In this document: in pieces, positions 1 to 9,940 of the stretch | Layout of the letters: each line of letters opens with the position of its first letter | Position numbering within the stretch: the stretch's first letter is position 1 | Assembly (NCBI GenBank): GCA_963662715.1 | Contig: OY759724.1 | Location: 2,490,001-2,522,000 of the forward strand | Source: Candidatus Omnitrophota bacterium | Lineage (GTDB): Bacteria; Omnitrophota; Gorgyraeia; Zapsychrales; JANLHA01 | Direction: 5' to 3' | Length of the DNA stretch: 32,000 bases | Notes under the pieces: generated by a model | What the model was told of the DNA's origin: nothing | The model's input: the letters and a program-made list of their open reading frames with translations, nothing else | The model's database searches: none | Made by a program: the position numbers and the translations under genes

Positions 1-579
1 GATGTCCTGGATTATTCTATCGGCGCAGGCTACCGCCTTTATTTTGATCTTCCGCCCAAAGACTTTTTCTTTAAGAAGGTTCAGTTGACTTTCCTGGGCG
101 GGTATTCGTATCATGAACAAAACTTTAAAATGACGAATGGATATCAGGTCATTCCGGCAACAGGGTCTTTCTCCGGGTTGAACAGCACGTATCAGACCGA
201 ATGGGACAGCACCTGGCTGGGTGTGGATTTGAAGACCATCCGGGAAGATTTTACGGCCTTTTTGCGGTTTGAGTATCATTGGGCGGATTATTACGGGTAT
301 GGGAACTGGAATTTAAGAACAGACTTTGCCCACCCGAAGAGTTTTGAGCATTTTGCCGACGCCTACGGCCGTGTATTGAGCTTGGGCGGCAGCTATGCTA
401 TTCACGAGAATCTAGCCTTAAATTTGACGTTTGAATTTCAGGATTGGAGTACGGAGGCGGGTATTGACCGGACGAATTTTGCGGACGGGACGACCAGCGA
501 TGTTATTTTTAATACAGCGGACTGGGAATCATTCGCAACTATGATTGGGATAACCTATTATTTCCCGAATAGGAAGTAA
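1..579 (+). CDS. outer-membrane beta-barrel protein, 5'-truncated by the window edge (possibly omptin-like)
   Basis: Frame 1 is open from nt 1, so the listed start at 85 is internal. Strands are Y/W/G-rich and alternating, with an aromatic motif (GITYYF) near the C-terminus. The omptin resemblance is from memory only. Confidence 0.55.
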   Translation, partial: DVLDYSIGAGYRLYFDLPPKDFFFKKVQLTFLGGYSYHEQNFKMTNGYQVIPATGSFSGLNSTYQTEWDSTWLGVDLKTIREDFTAFLRFEYHWADYYGYGNWNLRTDFAHPKSFEHFADAYGRVLSLGGSYAIHENLALNLTFEFQDWSTEAGIDRTNFADGTTSDVIFNTADWESFATMIGITYYFPNRK

Positions 580-649
580 GCCTCACCTCAAGGTGTGGTG
601 TATAGAAAGAAGCCGTTTCATCAATTCTGTGGACAAGGATGAGTTGATT

Positions 650-1933
650 ATGAAGAGTGTATTTCGAAAAATATTTGTTTTTTCCTTTTTGAATCTTATC
701 TTAATCGGGTTAACCTCTCCGGCTGTTTATGCCGAAAGCCGGCAGGCCGTCCGGGATAAAATGATTGATAAAGAGCTTTCCTGTATTTCGCAGGCCAAGA
801 ACCAGGGGCGCTTTACCTGGAGCGATGTCTGTTATCTGGATAATCAATCTGAGGAAAAGACCCGGAAAAGCGTTAATGTCATTATGGATGAGAACGGCTT
901 GGTGACCGTGGGCAAAGAAGTTCAGCCGGATGTCGAGGAACAGGGGTCTTCGGAGGCAGATGTCCCGAAAGAGGAACCGAAATCCGGGAAAAAGAAGAAA
1001 GGAAAGCCAAAGCCGGAGGTTGCCCAGGATTTGGAAGAAGAGACATTTGCTTATGAAGGATTAGGCCTGGATTCCGATGCTTCTGTCGGGGAAAGATCTT
1101 ATTACGGACGTGACGGCAAAAAACTCAATTTTGAGTTCGGATCGGAAAATCTCTATTATAAGTTTAAATCAGATGACAATATCATAAAGAGAACAGGATC
1201 ATTATTCGGTGTTTTTGGGACGTTGACATACCGGTTCGGTCCGCAAGAAGATTTGGCCAAAGATAACAGCATCACAATGCTGAAACTGGACGGGCATCTG
1301 GCGCAGGATGTGGATGTCTTCATGTTCGACGGCCGGGGGCTGGCCGGTTATGACCTGTTGTTCAGAACCAAGGCCCGTCTGACTCCGTATATTGGTATAG
1401 GCTTCCGTTATTGGCGGGATAAGGATGGCGGGATGACCAAGGTGATCGATGATATTTATAGCCGCTGGTTTTATACAGACGGGGCGACATACGTTAAGGA
1501 AGAATTTAAGTATATTTATCTCCCGATCGGTTTCGAGTTCCACCAGCCGTTGGCTCATAAATGGGCTGTTCAGTTGACGTGTGAGTATGACATTTTTCTG
1601 CAGGGCCGGGTGACAAGACATTATTCTGAGCTTGGACCATTAATTATCAGCGCTACGGACGGGTCCGGGCATATCCCGAATGACATGGAGTTTACTCAGG
1701 ATAAAGGATACGGCTGGAGAATCGCGGTTAAATTTTTGAGAGCGGCTGAAAAAGTGGATCTTTATTTTGAACCGTTTATCCGTTTCTGGAGAACAGAAGA
1801 TTCTGATATTGAGCAATTTAAGACCGATAACGAGACGAGTTGGTATTATGCCGCAACGGGTGAGCCGGTTATTGATTGGATAAGCGGTAATAAAATCACC
1901 GAGTACGGCTTCAAAGCCGGTGTCCTTTTTTAA
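650..1933 (+). CDS. outer-membrane beta-barrel protein with signal peptide
   Basis: ATG at 650 is preceded by AGGA about 10 nt upstream. The N-terminus MKSVFRKIFVFSFLNLILIGLTSPAVYA-ES looks like a Sec signal, followed by a low-complexity K/E linker. The C-terminus ends in AGVLF, a typical OMP terminal Phe. Confidence 0.7.
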   Translation: MKSVFRKIFVFSFLNLILIGLTSPAVYAESRQAVRDKMIDKELSCISQAKNQGRFTWSDVCYLDNQSEEKTRKSVNVIMDENGLVTVGKEVQPDVEEQGSSEADVPKEEPKSGKKKKGKPKPEVAQDLEEETFAYEGLGLDSDASVGERSYYGRDGKKLNFEFGSENLYYKFKSDDNIIKRTGSLFGVFGTLTYRFGPQEDLAKDNSITMLKLDGHLAQDVDVFMFDGRGLAGYDLLFRTKARLTPYIGIGFRYWRDKDGGMTKVIDDIYSRWFYTDGATYVKEEFKYIYLPIGFEFHQPLAHKWAVQLTCEYDIFLQGRVTRHYSELGPLIISATDGSGHIPNDMEFTQDKGYGWRIAVKFLRAAEKVDLYFEPFIRFWRTEDSDIEQFKTDNETSWYYAATGEPVIDWISGNKITEYGFKAGVLF

Positions 1934-1975
1934 GATGTAAGAAACCCGTATATTCCTTATCTCGTCATGCTATAA

Positions 1976-2010
1976 GAACCCCGTTGCCGCCTGCAGCGGG
2001 GTTCTTTATA
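1976..2010 (+). terminator. intrinsic terminator after the OMP gene
   Basis: GAACCCCG (1976-1983) pairs with CGGGGTTC (1997-2004), followed by TTTATA. Confidence 0.55.
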
Positions 2011-2323
2011 TAAGAAGGGGCTGAATCCAGCTGCACGCTTCATGGCCGTGGCGTTTGTGTTTTAACGGCGAAAATTTTTAAAAAATCCTGTCGTATAACA
2101 GGCTGATAATTTATAATAAAACACCCATTAAGAATTTTTTCCGGCAGCATGTGCCGGCGGTTGTAAAAGTTAAATGTTCTTGTTGAAATAATCATGTTGT
2201 AACAAGTTTTTGTGAGCTTATGTTGAGACAAGATTTATCTTCTTTCATACCATCTCCTCAGACGGAAAGCCTTTCCGTTCATCGATATCATTCTTTAATC
2301 CTTTTAAATAATTTTAAAGCCCT

Positions 2324-4537
2324 ATGATAGATCAATACGTAGATAAAATCTCTAAGGAATTAAATATTATCCCGAAAAAAGTCGGGGCAACCATTGATTT
2401 GCTGGACGGAGGATCGACCGTCCCGTTCATTGCCCGTTACCGGAAAGAGGTTACCGGCAGCCTGGACGAAGCGCAGATTAAGAATATCCGGGACCGGCTG
2501 CATCAGTTGAGGGAACTGGATAAAAGGCGCGCGGCTATTTTGGCTTCTCTCGAGGAGCGGGATAAACTGACCGATGAACTCAAGGCCAAGATTCTCGCCG
2601 CTGAAACACTAGCGGTTTTGGAAGATATTTACCTCCCTTACCGGCCGAAACGCCGCACCAGGGCCACGGTCGCCAAAGAAAAAGGCCTGGAGCCGCTGGC
2701 GGAAATTATTTTCAAACAGGAGATCAAGGAGATTGAAAGAGAGGCGGCCAAGTATATCAATGAGGAAATGAAAGTGACGTCCGCAGAGGATGCTCTGGCC
2801 GGGGCCAGGGATATCATCGCGGAATGGATCAATGAAGACGGCGATGCCCGGGCCAAGATGCGGGAGCTTTATTTTGAGAAAGGGGAATTCCGTTCAAGAG
2901 TGATTAAGAAAAGAGAGAGCGAGGCCTCGAATTACAAGGATTACTTTGACTGGCAGGAGCCGGTGAAAACCTGCCCGTCGCACCGGGTTCTCGCTGTCCG
3001 GAGGGCCGAGAAAGAACAGTTTGTCACCCTGAGGATTGTGGTTCCGGAAGAGGAAGCGGTTCATATCCTTGTCCATCAATTCATTAAAGGGGACGGGCCG
3101 GCCTCCGAGCAGGTGCGGTTGGCCATTCAGGACGGATTCAAGCGCTTATTGTCGCTCTCCATGGAGACGGAAGTCCGCGTTGAGACGAAAGAACGGGCGG
3201 ATAAAGATGCCATCACGGTTTTTGCGGACAATCTGCGTCAGCTGCTGATGGACCCTCCGTTAGGGCACCGCAATGTCATGGCCGTCGATCCGGCTTACAG
3301 AACAGGCTGCAAGATCGCCTGCCTTAACCATGAAGGAAGACTGGTGCAGAAAGAAACGATCTTTCCTTTAGGCAGCGAACTGCAGCAGCAGGAAAGCGTG
3401 ACAACTATTAAAGATTTATGCGATATGCATCATATTGAATTTATCGCCATAGGAAACGGGACCGCCTGCCGTGAAACCGAGGATTTTATCCGCAGTCTCG
3501 ATTTGCCCGATGATATTCAGATCCTTATCGTCTCCGAAGCGGGTGCGTCCATCTATTCGGCTTCGGACCTGGCCAGAAAAGAATTCCCTGACCTGGACGT
3601 TACGATCCGCGGCGCGATTTCCATCGGGCGCCGTCTCATGGACCCTTTGGCGGAGCTTGTGAAGATTGACCCGAAAAGTATCGGTGTCGGACAATATCAG
3701 CATGACGTCGATCAGACCATGCTGAAACAGAGCCTCGATGACGTTGTTATCAGCTGCGTGAACCAGGTGGGGGTCGAGCTGAACAGCGCCAGTAAACAGT
3801 TATTAACCTACGTCTCGGGCTTGGGGCCGGTGCGCGCCAAAGCGATTATTGAATACCGGGAGAAACACGGCCTTTTTAAAAGCCGGGAACAGTTATACGA
3901 AGTGCCGCGGCTCGGCCCGAAAGCTATAGAGCAGGCGGCGGGATTTTTAAGGATACGGGACGGGATCAATCCTCTGGACTCCAGCGCCGTTCATCCGGAA
4001 AGTTATTCTGTCGTTGATGCCATGGCCCGTGATCTGGGCGTCCGTGTGCAGGAAATTATGCGCAGCGAGGAACTCCGGCAGCGTATTCAGCTGGAGAAAT
4101 ATGTCTCGGATATCATCGGGATGCCGACTTTGGAAGATATTTATGAAGAATTGGCGAAGCCGGGACGGGACCCGCGCAGGCAGTTTGAAATCATCCGGTT
4201 TAAGGAAGGGGTGCAGAAACCGGAGGATTTGACCCCGGGCATGAAGCTCCCCGGGGTGGTGACGAACATAACGCATTTCGGCGTGTTCGTCGATATCGGC
4301 GTGCATTTAGACGGTCTCGTGCACGTCAGCCAGCTGTCGGATAAATATATCAAGGACCCGCGCGATTTTGTGACGCTTCATCAGCATGTCGAGGTGACCG
4401 TTATGCAGGTTGATCTGGACCGGAAACGGATCGCTTTGACCATGAAAGCCAACCCCGACATCTATTTCGGCCAGCCGAAGAAGAAAGCTGAGAAAGCCAA
4501 GGACAAAACAAAAGCCAAGGCTAAAGCGGGAAAATAA
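2324..4537 (+). CDS. tex: Tex-like transcription accessory protein (S1 RNA-binding domain)
   Basis: 737 aa. N-terminal motif STVPFIARYRKE, a YqgF/RuvC-like central region, HhH motifs and a C-terminal S1 domain (GVVTNITHFGVFVDIG), ending in a Lys-rich tail. Confidence 0.92.
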   Translation: MIDQYVDKISKELNIIPKKVGATIDLLDGGSTVPFIARYRKEVTGSLDEAQIKNIRDRLHQLRELDKRRAAILASLEERDKLTDELKAKILAAETLAVLEDIYLPYRPKRRTRATVAKEKGLEPLAEIIFKQEIKEIEREAAKYINEEMKVTSAEDALAGARDIIAEWINEDGDARAKMRELYFEKGEFRSRVIKKRESEASNYKDYFDWQEPVKTCPSHRVLAVRRAEKEQFVTLRIVVPEEEAVHILVHQFIKGDGPASEQVRLAIQDGFKRLLSLSMETEVRVETKERADKDAITVFADNLRQLLMDPPLGHRNVMAVDPAYRTGCKIACLNHEGRLVQKETIFPLGSELQQQESVTTIKDLCDMHHIEFIAIGNGTACRETEDFIRSLDLPDDIQILIVSEAGASIYSASDLARKEFPDLDVTIRGAISIGRRLMDPLAELVKIDPKSIGVGQYQHDVDQTMLKQSLDDVVISCVNQVGVELNSASKQLLTYVSGLGPVRAKAIIEYREKHGLFKSREQLYEVPRLGPKAIEQAAGFLRIRDGINPLDSSAVHPESYSVVDAMARDLGVRVQEIMRSEELRQRIQLEKYVSDIIGMPTLEDIYEELAKPGRDPRRQFEIIRFKEGVQKPEDLTPGMKLPGVVTNITHFGVFVDIGVHLDGLVHVSQLSDKYIKDPRDFVTLHQHVEVTVMQVDLDRKRIALTMKANPDIYFGQPKKKAEKAKDKTKAKAKAGK

Positions 4538-4557
4538 ATCAACCCCTTTGTCAAACA

Positions 4558-4600
4558 GGCCGGCCGAGAGGGAGGACTTTCGGCCGGCTTTAATTTTTGC
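4558..4600 (+). terminator. intrinsic terminator after tex
   Basis: GCCGGCCGA (4559-4567) pairs with TCGGCCGGC (4580-4588), then TTTAATTTTT. Confidence 0.6.
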
Positions 4601-4685
4601 GAAGCCGTTTTAGTGTTATATTTCATTGACAACCTCCCGAATCATCATTAGCATAATGGCAGTGATATTGATGTGAATCATTGCC

Positions 4686-5705
4686 ATGAAAAGAAAATCT
4701 CTTATATTCCGTTTTTTTATCTTTACGGTTCTGCTCTGCGGACTCCTTGGCCTGACCCTGCCGCTTTTTGCCCAGAGTATCGCCATCTCCCAGCCTTTTT
4801 CTTCTGCGTCATCCGCGCCCATTGTGAACAAAGACGCGGCCCGCGCCAGTTCGATCTTTTCCGCAAGACTGCTGCAGTTAAAAGTGATCGAAACACTGTT
4901 GTTGATCATGATCGCTTATGTGATCCTTATCTCTCTCGTCGGTATTATTAATAAGCGGATCCGGGATATCCGCGCCCGGCACATCGCCCGCAAGAACACG
5001 ATTTACATTATCCATTTTTTGCTTCTTATCAGCATCGTTATTATCTGGCTGCAGAATATCAACTACATTACGATCATTCTGGGGTTTGCCAGTGCGGGGA
5101 TTGCCTTGGCCCTGCAGGAAGTGATTCTTTGTGTGGCTGGCTGGGTTTTCATTATCAGCCGTCGGCCTTTCGAGACAGGGGACCGGGTGGAAATCAACGG
5201 CATCCGCGGGGACGTCATTGATATCCGCATCATGCAGACATCTTTATTAGAGGTCGGCAACTGGGTGGAGGCTGATCAAAGCACCGGCCGGATCGTGAAC
5301 ATTCCCAACAGCAGCGTTTTTAAGACGGCGAATTTCAACTATAACCGCGGTTTCGAATTTATATGGAACGAAATTCCGATCCTGGTGACTTTTGAAAGCG
5401 ATTGGAAACGGGCCCGGGATATTATGATGACCCATGCCAAGAAACTGGTTGAAGGGTCTACAAACGAAGTGCAGCGCAAGATTGAAATCATGAAGAACCG
5501 GTACATGATCTATTACGGGAAACTGACGCCGATTGTTTATGTGACCATCCAGGACAGCGGAGTCCTTTTGACGTTGCGTTACCTCACCGAAGCCAAGAGA
5601 CGCCGGTCGACTCAAGATCAATTGAGCCAGGCTATTTTGGAGGATTTTGCCCTGGATCCCAGTGTGAATTTTGCCTATCCGACATACCGGATTGTTAAGA
5701 CATAA
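4686..5705 (+). CDS. mechanosensitive ion channel family protein (MscS-like)
   Basis: Signal/TM N-terminus, three TM helices, then an MscS beta-domain signature (PFETGDRVEINGIRGDVIDIRIMQTSLLE...IVNIPNS). Confidence 0.85.
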   Translation: MKRKSLIFRFFIFTVLLCGLLGLTLPLFAQSIAISQPFSSASSAPIVNKDAARASSIFSARLLQLKVIETLLLIMIAYVILISLVGIINKRIRDIRARHIARKNTIYIIHFLLLISIVIIWLQNINYITIILGFASAGIALALQEVILCVAGWVFIISRRPFETGDRVEINGIRGDVIDIRIMQTSLLEVGNWVEADQSTGRIVNIPNSSVFKTANFNYNRGFEFIWNEIPILVTFESDWKRARDIMMTHAKKLVEGSTNEVQRKIEIMKNRYMIYYGKLTPIVYVTIQDSGVLLTLRYLTEAKRRRSTQDQLSQAILEDFALDPSVNFAYPTYRIVKT

Positions 5706-5767
5706 AGATTGTTTTTAAAGTCCTGGATATCCTCTCCCGTGACCTTGTTGTAAGGTGAATAAAAGCG

Positions 5768-6685
5768 ATGTTTTTAAAACCCAAGATAGCCATATCCGGA
5801 TCGACCGGTCTGATCGGCAGTGCCGTGACCGAACATCTCAGTACGAAGCCGTATCAGCTTATCCGGCTTATCAGACCTTCGACGAGAATCCAAATCAAAG
5901 GGGAGAACATCCTTGTCTGGGACCCGGAAAAAGAAGCGGTGGATCCTTCCCGGCTGGAGAATCTGTTTGCTTTTATTCATCTCACCGGGGAAAACATTTC
6001 CCGGAGCCGCTGGACAGCCGAGGTTAAGCAGAGAATCCGGGCCAGCCGGGTGCGTTCGACCCGTTTCCTGGTTGACACTTTGCTGAAACTTGATTCTCCT
6101 CCGGAGGTGGTGTTAAGCGCTTCAGCCATCGGTTATTACAGCGGGTCTCAGTTCGGAAAAATCGATGAGACCACGGCCAAAGGTTCGGGATTCCTTTCTG
6201 ATGTCTGTTTCGAATGGGAACAGGCGCTGCAGCCCTTGACGGAACGGGGTGTCCGGGTGATCATCATGCGTTTTGGGGTTGTTTTAAGCGGCCAGGGAGG
6301 CGCCCTTGCAAAAATGCTGCCGATTTTTCGATTAGGCCTGGGCGGGCCGTTGGGCAAAGGAGAGCAGATGATGAGCTGGATCACCCGGGAGGAAATCCCG
6401 TTTATCGTCGAACATTTCCTTCGGCAGCCGCAGTGCCGCGGGCCCTTTAATATTGTGGCCCCGCAGCCGGTCAGCAACATGCTGATGACACGGACACTTT
6501 CCCGGATCTTGAGCCGGCCGGCCGTTCTTCCCATCCCGCTTTTTCTTATAAAAAAGACATTCGGAGAAATGGGCGAAGAATTATTGTTGAACAACCTGGA
6601 AGTTTATCCCAAACGCCTCGTGGAAAGCGGGTATACGTACCGGTTCCCCGACCTCAGCTCCGCCTTAAAGGCTGCTTTGAAATAA
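5768..6685 (+). CDS. TIGR01777/YfcH-like NAD-dependent epimerase family protein
   Basis: Rossmann motif ISGSTGLIGS at the N-terminus and a C-terminal DUF1731-like region (PKRLVESGYTYRFPDL). Confidence 0.8.
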   Translation: MFLKPKIAISGSTGLIGSAVTEHLSTKPYQLIRLIRPSTRIQIKGENILVWDPEKEAVDPSRLENLFAFIHLTGENISRSRWTAEVKQRIRASRVRSTRFLVDTLLKLDSPPEVVLSASAIGYYSGSQFGKIDETTAKGSGFLSDVCFEWEQALQPLTERGVRVIIMRFGVVLSGQGGALAKMLPIFRLGLGGPLGKGEQMMSWITREEIPFIVEHFLRQPQCRGPFNIVAPQPVSNMLMTRTLSRILSRPAVLPIPLFLIKKTFGEMGEELLLNNLEVYPKRLVESGYTYRFPDLSSALKAALK

Positions 6686-6856
6686 AGAACGCCCGGGCAG
6701 ATGCCCGCCGGGATTTAGACGGAAATGATTTCCGATTTCAGGGTTTTATGCTAAAATATGTCATCCTGACGGAAGCCTTCCTCCTCCCCGAAGAAGGGGG
6801 CTCTTAAGATAATAAAATTCATAAAGAATCATGACAGCCGTTATAAAATATATCTC

Positions 6857-8536
6857 ATGTCTTATCTTGTTTTAGCCAGAAAATACCGCCCGAATACTTT
6901 TGACGAAGTTATAGGCCAGGGACATATCACGGAGCTTTTGAAGCAGGCTATTTCTGCCGGCCGGCTGGCCCATGCCTTTTTATTCTGCGGCCCGCGGGGG
7001 ATAGGAAAAACCTCCTGCGCCCGGATCCTCGCCAAATCCTTGAACTGTTCAAAAGGCCCGACGGCAACCCCCTGCGGGACGTGTCCCGCCTGCACGGAAA
7101 TTACCTCGGGCAGCAGTTTTGATGTCCTGGAAATAGACGGCGCTTCAAACCGGGGGATTGATGAGATCCGCACCCTGCGGGAAAACGTCAAATTTGCCCC
7201 CAGCTACGGACAGTTTAAGATATACATCGTTGACGAAGTCCATATGTTGACGACCGAAGCCTTTAATGCTTTGTTGAAGACCCTGGAAGAACCGCCCGGC
7301 CATGTAAAATTTATTTTTGCCACGACAGACCCTAACAAAGTCCCCAGCACCATTATTTCCCGCTGCCAGCGCTATGATTTTAAACGCATCGCTCTTAAAG
7401 AAAGCGTAGAGGCCCTGCAGAAGATCTGCCGGAAAGAGAAGCTGCAGGTTGACCAGCAGGCTCTTTATGCCATAGCCAAGGCTGCGCAGGGAAGTTTCCG
7501 CGACGCTTTAAGTATTTTAGATCAGGTGAGCGCGTTAAGCAGCCGGGGCATTACGGACGAGGATGTTTATGCCATGCTGGGGCTGGTGGAGGTGGATTTG
7601 CTTTTTGAACTGACGGATGCTTTGGCAAAAAAGGATTGTGTCGCGGCTTTAAAGGTTTTTGACAGTATTGTGGAGAAGGGGAAAGACATCAAGCAGTTAA
7701 CCAAGGATTTGGTGGAACATTTCCGTAACCTCATGGTCATCAAAATAGGCGGAAAATCTTTAGGGAAGCTTGTCGATTATCCGGTCGCTATTAAGGAAAA
7801 ATATCTGGCGCAGTCCCAAATGTTTTCTTTAAATGAAATTCTGGACGCTATTGACATCTTTATCAAGGCTCAGGATATGGCCCGTGTCACGGAAACCTTG
7901 CGGACACCGCTGGAAATCGCTTTTGCCAGATTGTCCTGTGAAAATGATTTGCCGCGGGGGCAGGACATCGTTGTGAACGCTCAAAAGCCGGGCAAGAAAG
8001 ATTCGGTCAGAAAAACCGTTAAAAAGCATAGCCCTGCTGCTTTGAAAGAAGCTCCGCCGCCTTCCCGCAGCCCGGAAAAGGACGCAGAAGCTGATTTGAT
8101 TCCGCCGGCCGTGGAGGAAGATGACGACCCCGAGGACTCTCACGAGCCTCTTGTTCAGGAGAAAGATATCGCCCCGGTAGCTTTGGACCTGGAAAAGATC
8201 AGGCAGTCCTGGGATGCGCTCACGTACGGTGTTTCCCGGAAGAGGATGTCCCTGGCCACATATCTTCAGGAAGGGGCGCCGGTGGATTTAAAAGGAAATA
8301 AACTGACGATCGGTTTCGCCCCGGACCATTTATTTCATAAAGAAACACTGGAACAGCAGGACAATCGTCAGGTGGTCGAACAGATTTTTAACGAGAAGCT
8401 GCGAACAAAGATTATTATCGAGTATGTTATGGTCGACCAGCTGGATAGCGATCATACGGTGCTGGACGAACCGCTTATTCAGACAGCGTTGGAAAAATTC
8501 CAGGGTAAAGTTGTCAGCAAATGGCATAATGATTAG
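6857..8536 (+). CDS. dnaX: DNA polymerase III subunit gamma/tau
   Basis: MSYLVLARKYRP, Walker A GPRGIGKTS, a Zn module CxxxxxxxxCGxCxxC, DEVHML and SRC motifs. Confidence 0.95.
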   Translation: MSYLVLARKYRPNTFDEVIGQGHITELLKQAISAGRLAHAFLFCGPRGIGKTSCARILAKSLNCSKGPTATPCGTCPACTEITSGSSFDVLEIDGASNRGIDEIRTLRENVKFAPSYGQFKIYIVDEVHMLTTEAFNALLKTLEEPPGHVKFIFATTDPNKVPSTIISRCQRYDFKRIALKESVEALQKICRKEKLQVDQQALYAIAKAAQGSFRDALSILDQVSALSSRGITDEDVYAMLGLVEVDLLFELTDALAKKDCVAALKVFDSIVEKGKDIKQLTKDLVEHFRNLMVIKIGGKSLGKLVDYPVAIKEKYLAQSQMFSLNEILDAIDIFIKAQDMARVTETLRTPLEIAFARLSCENDLPRGQDIVVNAQKPGKKDSVRKTVKKHSPAALKEAPPPSRSPEKDAEADLIPPAVEEDDDPEDSHEPLVQEKDIAPVALDLEKIRQSWDALTYGVSRKRMSLATYLQEGAPVDLKGNKLTIGFAPDHLFHKETLEQQDNRQVVEQIFNEKLRTKIIIEYVMVDQLDSDHTVLDEPLIQTALEKFQGKVVSKWHND

Positions 8537-8569
8537 TGTAAAACAGGATTCCGATTTTTTATATAAGAC

Positions 8570-9169
8570 ATGGCGTATCCCCGTTTAGTCGAAAATTTGA
8601 TTGAACAGTTCAGCAAATTTCCCGGAGTGGGCCGGCGAAGTGCCGAGCGCATGGTTTTCTGGGTGCTGAACCATTCCCGGGAAGAATCGGCGACCATAGC
8701 CGAAGGCATTATGCGGCTGAAAGACGGCCTGCGTTTGTGTGAACAGTGCAACAATTTAAGCGAGACCGAGGTCTGCCCGGTCTGCCGTGATGAGAGAAGG
8801 GACCGGTCGGTGATCTGTGTGGTCGAGGATCATAAACATCTGATTTCGATTGAACGGACCGGAATTTATAAGGGGCTTTACCATGTGCTGCTCGGGGCCA
8901 TTTCTCCGGCGGAAGGCCGGGGGCCGGAAGACGTTAACGTGCAGGTTTTAAAGGATAAAGTTCTTGCGATGAACGTTCAGGAAGTGGTTATCGCCACGGA
9001 TCCGGATACGGAAGGGGAGATGACCGCTATTCACATTACAAACGAACTGCGTCCCACCGGCGTGAAAGTGACGAGGATCGGCCTGGGTATCCCTGTGGGG
9101 AGTTCGGTCGAATACGCGGACATGTCGACTTTGACCATGTCTCTCACGGCCCGGAGAGAGATCCAGTAA
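8570..9169 (+). CDS. recR: recombination protein RecR
   Basis: HhH motif PGVGRRSAERM, zinc finger CEQCNNLSETEVCPVC and a Toprim domain (ICVVED...ATDPDTEGE). Confidence 0.95.
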   Translation: MAYPRLVENLIEQFSKFPGVGRRSAERMVFWVLNHSREESATIAEGIMRLKDGLRLCEQCNNLSETEVCPVCRDERRDRSVICVVEDHKHLISIERTGIYKGLYHVLLGAISPAEGRGPEDVNVQVLKDKVLAMNVQEVVIATDPDTEGEMTAIHITNELRPTGVKVTRIGLGIPVGSSVEYADMSTLTMSLTARREIQ

Positions 9170-9313
9170 CTCTTCGGAGATATTCTGAACTTGATATTGA
9201 CTTTTTGCGAAATTCGGATATAATTTGGGATATTTCCCTGCAGGATAAAAGGGATCAAACAGAAAAGACCAGGGCCGGGCGCCCTGAAAAATAGATTTAA
9301 AGTTAAGATTTAT

Positions 9314-9389
9314 TCCCCTGTAGCTCAGCTGGTAGAGCGGTTGGCTGTTAACCAATAGGTCCGAGGTTCGAGTCCTCGCGGGGGAGCCA
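9314..9389 (+). tRNA. tRNA-Asn (anticodon GTT), CCA encoded
   Basis: The 7-bp acceptor stem pairs TCCCCTG with CGGGGGA. The D-arm is GCTCAGCTGGTAGAGC, the anticodon loop CTGTTAA and the T-arm CGAGG-TTCGAGT-CCTCG. The discriminator is G, followed by CCA. Confidence 0.9.
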
Positions 9390-9445
9390 TTTACTAACTT
9401 GCAGCGTACCAAATTAAGTTATTATGCCGCAGTTAGTTACAAAAA

Positions 9446-9490
9446 GGCCATCCCGATAATTTTTTTAGAAACAATCGGATGGCCTTTTTT
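9446..9490 (+). terminator. intrinsic terminator downstream of tRNA-Asn
   Basis: GGCCATCCCGAT pairs with ATCGGATGGCC (one bulge), followed by T6. Confidence 0.65.
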
Positions 9491-9573
9491 GATTGGGGGA
9501 GAATAGCTATAGTGCATCAAATATGCAAAAAAATTGATAATTTCATCCATTACGATACAGACACACAATATTC

Positions 9574-9602
9574 TTGACAACATGTAGCTAATAAGCTACA
9601 CT
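9574..9602 (+). promoter_or_regulatory. sigma70-like promoter with embedded palindromic operator for the higBA-like pair
   Basis: TTGACA (9574-9579), a 17-nt spacer, then TACACT (9597-9602). The 7-bp inverted repeat TGTAGCT-AATA-AGCTACA (9583-9600) spans the spacer and -10. Confidence 0.5.
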
Positions 9603-9606
9603 CTAA

Positions 9607-9940
9607 ATGATGAAAGAAAAGCGAATTCTTGTTTATAGAACACCTGCCGGCACAGAACCGTTTCTTGATTGGTTGTTCTCTTTGCGTGATAAAACGAGTC
9701 GTCATCGTATAGAGTCCCGTATTGACCGAATAAGGCAGGGAAACTATGGGGATCATAAGCGTTTCAAGGGGATCATCGAAATCCGTTTGCATTTTGGAAA
9801 GGGATATCGTCTTTATTGTGCTTAAGACGGTGACACCATTGTGATCCTTCTTCAGGGGGGGAGATAAAAGCACACAGAAAAATGATATTGACAAGGCCCT
9901 GAAATATTGGAGGAATTATCATGAACAAAACAAAACTTAG
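9607..9940 (+). pseudogene. disrupted addiction-module killer gene (HigB/RelE-like, HI1419-upstream type)
   Basis: The family-like sequence GYRLYCA is followed by an in-frame TAA (9823-9825). The reading continues as DGDTIVILLQGG, then needs a 1-nt shift at the G7 run (9855-9861) to read DKSTQKNDIDKALKYW. The restored ORF would overlap the antitoxin start. Confidence 0.7.

Noticed and set aside
593-649. Upstream-extended starts offered by the ORF track (593 GTG, 15753, 17902, 21402, 28122, 29735).
   Set aside because: Internal ATGs with proper SD spacing give canonical signal or lipoprotein peptides, or the conserved LeuA N-terminus. The 29735 extension overlaps the preceding gene by 130 nt.
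6686-6856. Looked for an SRP (4.5S/scRNA) gene upstream of dnaX, as found in Bacillus.
   Set aside because: No match to the conserved domain IV motif (…GGUCCGGAAGGAAGCAGCC…). Only a weak CCCC/GGGG hairpin is present.
7625-7633. The heptamer A AAA AAG in dnaX (GCA AAA AAG) is identical to the E. coli dnaX -1 frameshift site. The -1 frame stops 9-10 codons later.
   Set aside because: It lies at about codon 257 of 559, inside what should be domain III. A gamma-like product ending here would lack clamp-loader assembly regions. I saw no obvious downstream stem-loop. It is most likely a coincidental Lys-Lys codon pair.
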